Shown here in pieces: positions 61,654-64,000 of a DNA stretch of 64,000 bases. This DNA is from Candidatus Brocadiia bacterium. Lineage in GTDB: Bacteria > Planctomycetota > Brocadiia > SM23-32. Below the pieces are notes generated by a model. It did not search any database. It worked only from the letters and a program-made list of their open reading frames with translations, and was not told where the DNA came from. The position numbers and the translations under genes were made by a program. Location: positions 18,726-82,725 of the forward strand of contig JBKHIT010000016.1 in the NCBI GenBank assembly GCA_046538485.1, read 5' to 3'. The number at the start of each line of letters is the position of its first letter. Position 1 is the stretch's first letter.

Positions 61654-62390
61654 CAGTATATCCATTTTCGCCGTATGTTCCGCAGACTCACCAGAAACAG
61701 CGCGGTGCAGAAGCCGGCCAGGATTAGCAGGTTCAATCCGACGGGCATCTGAGCTGTGCCGTTGACGGCTCCATGCAATATGTCAGCTCCGTAGGTGAGC
61801 GGAAGAATGTAGGACAGCGGGCGGAGGAGAACGGGCAGGTCAGCAATGGGGAAGAACAGACCGCAGAGAAAGACCATCGGAAAGCGGAAGAAGTTGGAAA
61901 AAGTCTGGGCCTCGAAAACCTCACTGACCGAAACGGCGATGAGCAGCCCCAAAAACGTGGAACTGATGGCGATCAGAGCTACGGCCACGATCATTTGCCA
62001 CCAGATAACGCCACTTAAATCCACGAAAAATGCTGCCATGATCACGGGAACAAACGCGTTGCCGATCCCGAACAGAACCGCCCCGGCAGTTTTGGCCAGC
62101 ATCAGTATCTCCAGGGGCATCGGGGCCAGCAACAACCGCTCGAAGGATCGGCCCTTTTTCTCAAAAGTAACCGTCACAGCCAGCATGGAGGTGGTTCCGA
62201 ACAGAATCGACAGCGCCATGACGCTGGGCAGTATCGTCCGGATATCGCCGAAACCCGACCCGGACTTGATGAAGAACATCAGGGTCCACGCAAGCGGGAA
62301 AATAATACCCCAGCTCAGGTTCGGCGGCTTAAGGTAGTAGGTTCGCATGTCCTTCTTGAGAATATTCCAGAACGCGATACAGATCTTCAT
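61653..62390 (-). CDS. ABC-2 type exporter permease
   Basis: YYLKPP, FERLLLAP, FLCGLFFP, LPLTY. Confidence 0.9.
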   Translation of the reverse strand: MKICIAFWNILKKDMRTYYLKPPNLSWGIIFPLAWTLMFFIKSGSGFGDIRTILPSVMALSILFGTTSMLAVTVTFEKKGRSFERLLLAPMPLEILMLAKTAGAVLFGIGNAFVPVIMAAFFVDLSGVIWWQMIVAVALIAISSTFLGLLIAVSVSEVFEAQTFSNFFRFPMVFLCGLFFPIADLPVLLRPLSYILPLTYGADILHGAVNGTAQMPVGLNLLILAGFCTALFLVSLRNIRRKWIY

Positions 62391-63382
62391 GCTCCGCCTC
62401 CGTTTCCCTTGCCCTGTTCCTTCTCCTCACGCATCCGTTCCAGCGCCACGCCGGTAATGCGCACAAAAACGTCTTCCAGGGATGGACGGATGACACGCGC
62501 CTCCGTCACGTCCACGCCGTGTCCCTCGAAAAATCGAATGAGGGGCGCGAGCGCCAGGGCTTCGTCTGTGTGCGCGCGCACCAGGTTGCCTGACAGGATC
62601 TCAAAGTCAACGTCCGGAAATGCACTGTGCAACTCATCAAAGATGTCTGAGATCTCATTGCTCAACGCCAGTTGCACGACGCGCTGGCCTTCCACCTCGC
62701 TGACAAGATTTGGAAGCGTGTCGACGCGCACGAGTCGACCTTCAACGATGAACCCGATACGGTCACACAGCCGTTCCGCTTCCTCGATATAGTGCGTCGT
62801 CAGAAAAAGGGTGGTACCGGATTTGTTGAGGGCCGCGAGCATCTGTCGGATCTGTCGGGCACTGGCCACGTCAATCCCGGTGGTGGGCTCGTCGAGAAAC
62901 AGAACCCGGGGACGATGGATGATGCCGGCGGCAATGGCGAGTTTGCGCTTCATGCCCTTGCTGTAGCCACCAAAGCCTCGCTGCGCTGCGCTTGTGAGGT
63001 CGAAGGTTTCCAGTAGTTCACGGGCACGTTCCTCCCGCTCGCCCCGGTTCATCCCGTAAAGCGCTCCGCAGAAGCAAAGGTTCTCGAACCCGTTGAATTC
63101 GGGCCACAGATTGCTTTCATCCGGCACGATGCCCATGAGACGCTGGGCCTTCTTTACATCCGTTGTCTCGTCCTGGTCGAAAAAGCCTATCCTTCCGGCA
63201 TCGGGCCGCGCCAATCCGGTGAGCATGTTGATTGTGGTCGTTTTGCCCGCTCCATTGGGCCCTAAAAACCCGAAAACCTCCCCCTCCCGGACGTCAAAGG
63301 TAACGCCATCCACAGCCAGCACGTCGCCAAACTGCTTCTTCAGGCCATCTACAGCGATCGCAGACGTTGCTGTCGCTTGCAC
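62387..63382 (-). CDS. ABC exporter ATP-binding subunit (DrrA-like)
   Basis: GTG 63382 after GAGAGGA; GPNGAGKTT, ENLCFC, YSKGMKR, LDEPTTG. Confidence 0.92.
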   Translation of the reverse strand: MQATATSAIAVDGLKKQFGDVLAVDGVTFDVREGEVFGFLGPNGAGKTTTINMLTGLARPDAGRIGFFDQDETTDVKKAQRLMGIVPDESNLWPEFNGFENLCFCGALYGMNRGEREERARELLETFDLTSAAQRGFGGYSKGMKRKLAIAAGIIHRPRVLFLDEPTTGIDVASARQIRQMLAALNKSGTTLFLTTHYIEEAERLCDRIGFIVEGRLVRVDTLPNLVSEVEGQRVVQLALSNEISDIFDELHSAFPDVDFEILSGNLVRAHTDEALALAPLIRFFEGHGVDVTEARVIRPSLEDVFVRITGVALERMREEKEQGKGNGGGA

Positions 63383-63449
63383 GTTGGAAATCCTCTCAAA
63401 AGATAAAAGATACAACAGAGTTACCCGTGTCACACGTCCGTTTTGTACA

Positions 63450-63680
63450 TCACTCGCACGGGTGCCCGGCATCCTCGCCGTGGCATTCGCGGATCTGTTC
63501 CGGGGAGCAGTCGCCCGGCTTGCCCTCCAGCTTCTCCGGATGCTCGCAGCCCTCCGTATCCTCCACGCAGGGATGACCTTCGACGTCGCCGTGGCACTCT
63601 CTGATCTGCTCGGGGGAACAGTCTTCGGGCTGACCTTCCAGGCTCTCCGGTTTCTGACAACCCTTCGTTTTATCACACAT
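63450..63680 (-). CDS. 76-aa Cys/His-rich tandem-repeat peptide (metallothionein-like)
   Basis: AAGGAGG RBS; two units of C-x12-C-x7-CH-x5-HPC with a 37-aa period; 9 Cys, 5 His, no aromatic residues. Confidence 0.8.
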   Translation of the reverse strand: MCDKTKGCQKPESLEGQPEDCSPEQIRECHGDVEGHPCVEDTEGCEHPEKLEGKPGDCSPEQIRECHGEDAGHPCE

Positions 63681-63706
63681 CCTACGATCCTCCTTAACGA
63701 AAAGCG

Positions 63707-63759
63707 AATTAAGTATCTGCTTATGTGCTTAATTTATCCGCTCTGCCCGCAGCTGTCAA
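63707..63759 (-). promoter_or_regulatory. Promoter and palindromic operator heading the peptide-ABC operon
   Basis: TTGACA (63759-63754)-17-TAAATT; IR AATTAAG...CTTAATT at 63707-63734 overlapping the -10/+1. Confidence 0.7.
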
Positions 63760-63767
63760 GGGTGGAT

Positions 63768-63815
63768 AACGGCATATGTTTCACCACGAAGGACACGAAG
63801 TGCACGAAGAACGGC
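63768..63815 (+). repeat. Nonamer-periodic repeat element
   Basis: AACGGC...CACCACGAAGGACACGAAGTGCACGAAGAACGGC; inverted near-match of 47259-47305. Confidence 0.75.
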
Positions 63816-64000
63816 AAGGGATGGTTGTTAGTTGCTGGTTGCTGGTTAACGGCTGACGGCAACGGCTATCATTTCACCACCTGGACGTCGCTGGGCTTGC
63901 CCGCCTCGGGCATCCCACACAATTTCTAAGCCCCGACGGGGCGGCCTCAGAAGCGGGTAAAGGGCTGGGATTCTCCCAGCCCCTCCCCGTTGTCGCAATG

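Noticed and set aside
63396..63452. Selenocysteine read-through of the peptide's TGA (HPCE*CTKRTC...)
   Set aside because: The stop falls exactly at the end of repeat 2, the extension does not continue the repeat, and I saw no convincing SECIS hairpin.
63383..63676. N-terminal extension of the ABC ATPase in the ORF track
   Set aside because: It overlaps the peptide gene in another frame; GTG 63382 has its own RBS.

Overview
A 64-kb bacterial chromosomal segment. The organism is diderm (lpxD); the kinase-WD40, STN-repeat, GYF_2 and Topo VI-A genes suggest a Planctomycetota-like lineage (inference). 1-23 kb is a patchwork: a large GH-like/GATase-like protein, a Ser/Thr kinase-WD40, a beta-propeller and sulfotransferase, tkt-rpiB, a B12 radical SAM enzyme and an SGNH hydrolase, interleaved with gene stumps and composite REP-like repeats. 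23-40 kb is housekeeping (tadA, lpxD, uppP, folD, dacB, rnr) plus a lone top6A next to a five-GYF_2 membrane protein. 40.5-55.4 kb is an arsenic-resistance island: two arsR-arsC copies, acr3, a P-type ATPase, an IS3 remnant, arsM, and an arsR-arsP-FeS-DGC-Trx-Trx/CcdA redox cluster. Its promoters and 6-8-6 operators can be read directly from the sequence. 57-63.8 kb is a co-directional operon headed by a 76-aa Cys/His tandem-repeat peptide, followed by two ABC-2 exporters around a SAM methyltransferase, a macrodomain and pncB. That operon is the best candidate for an undescribed system. No rRNA, tRNA or CRISPR array was recognised. Product calls come from motif recognition by eye, not database searches.
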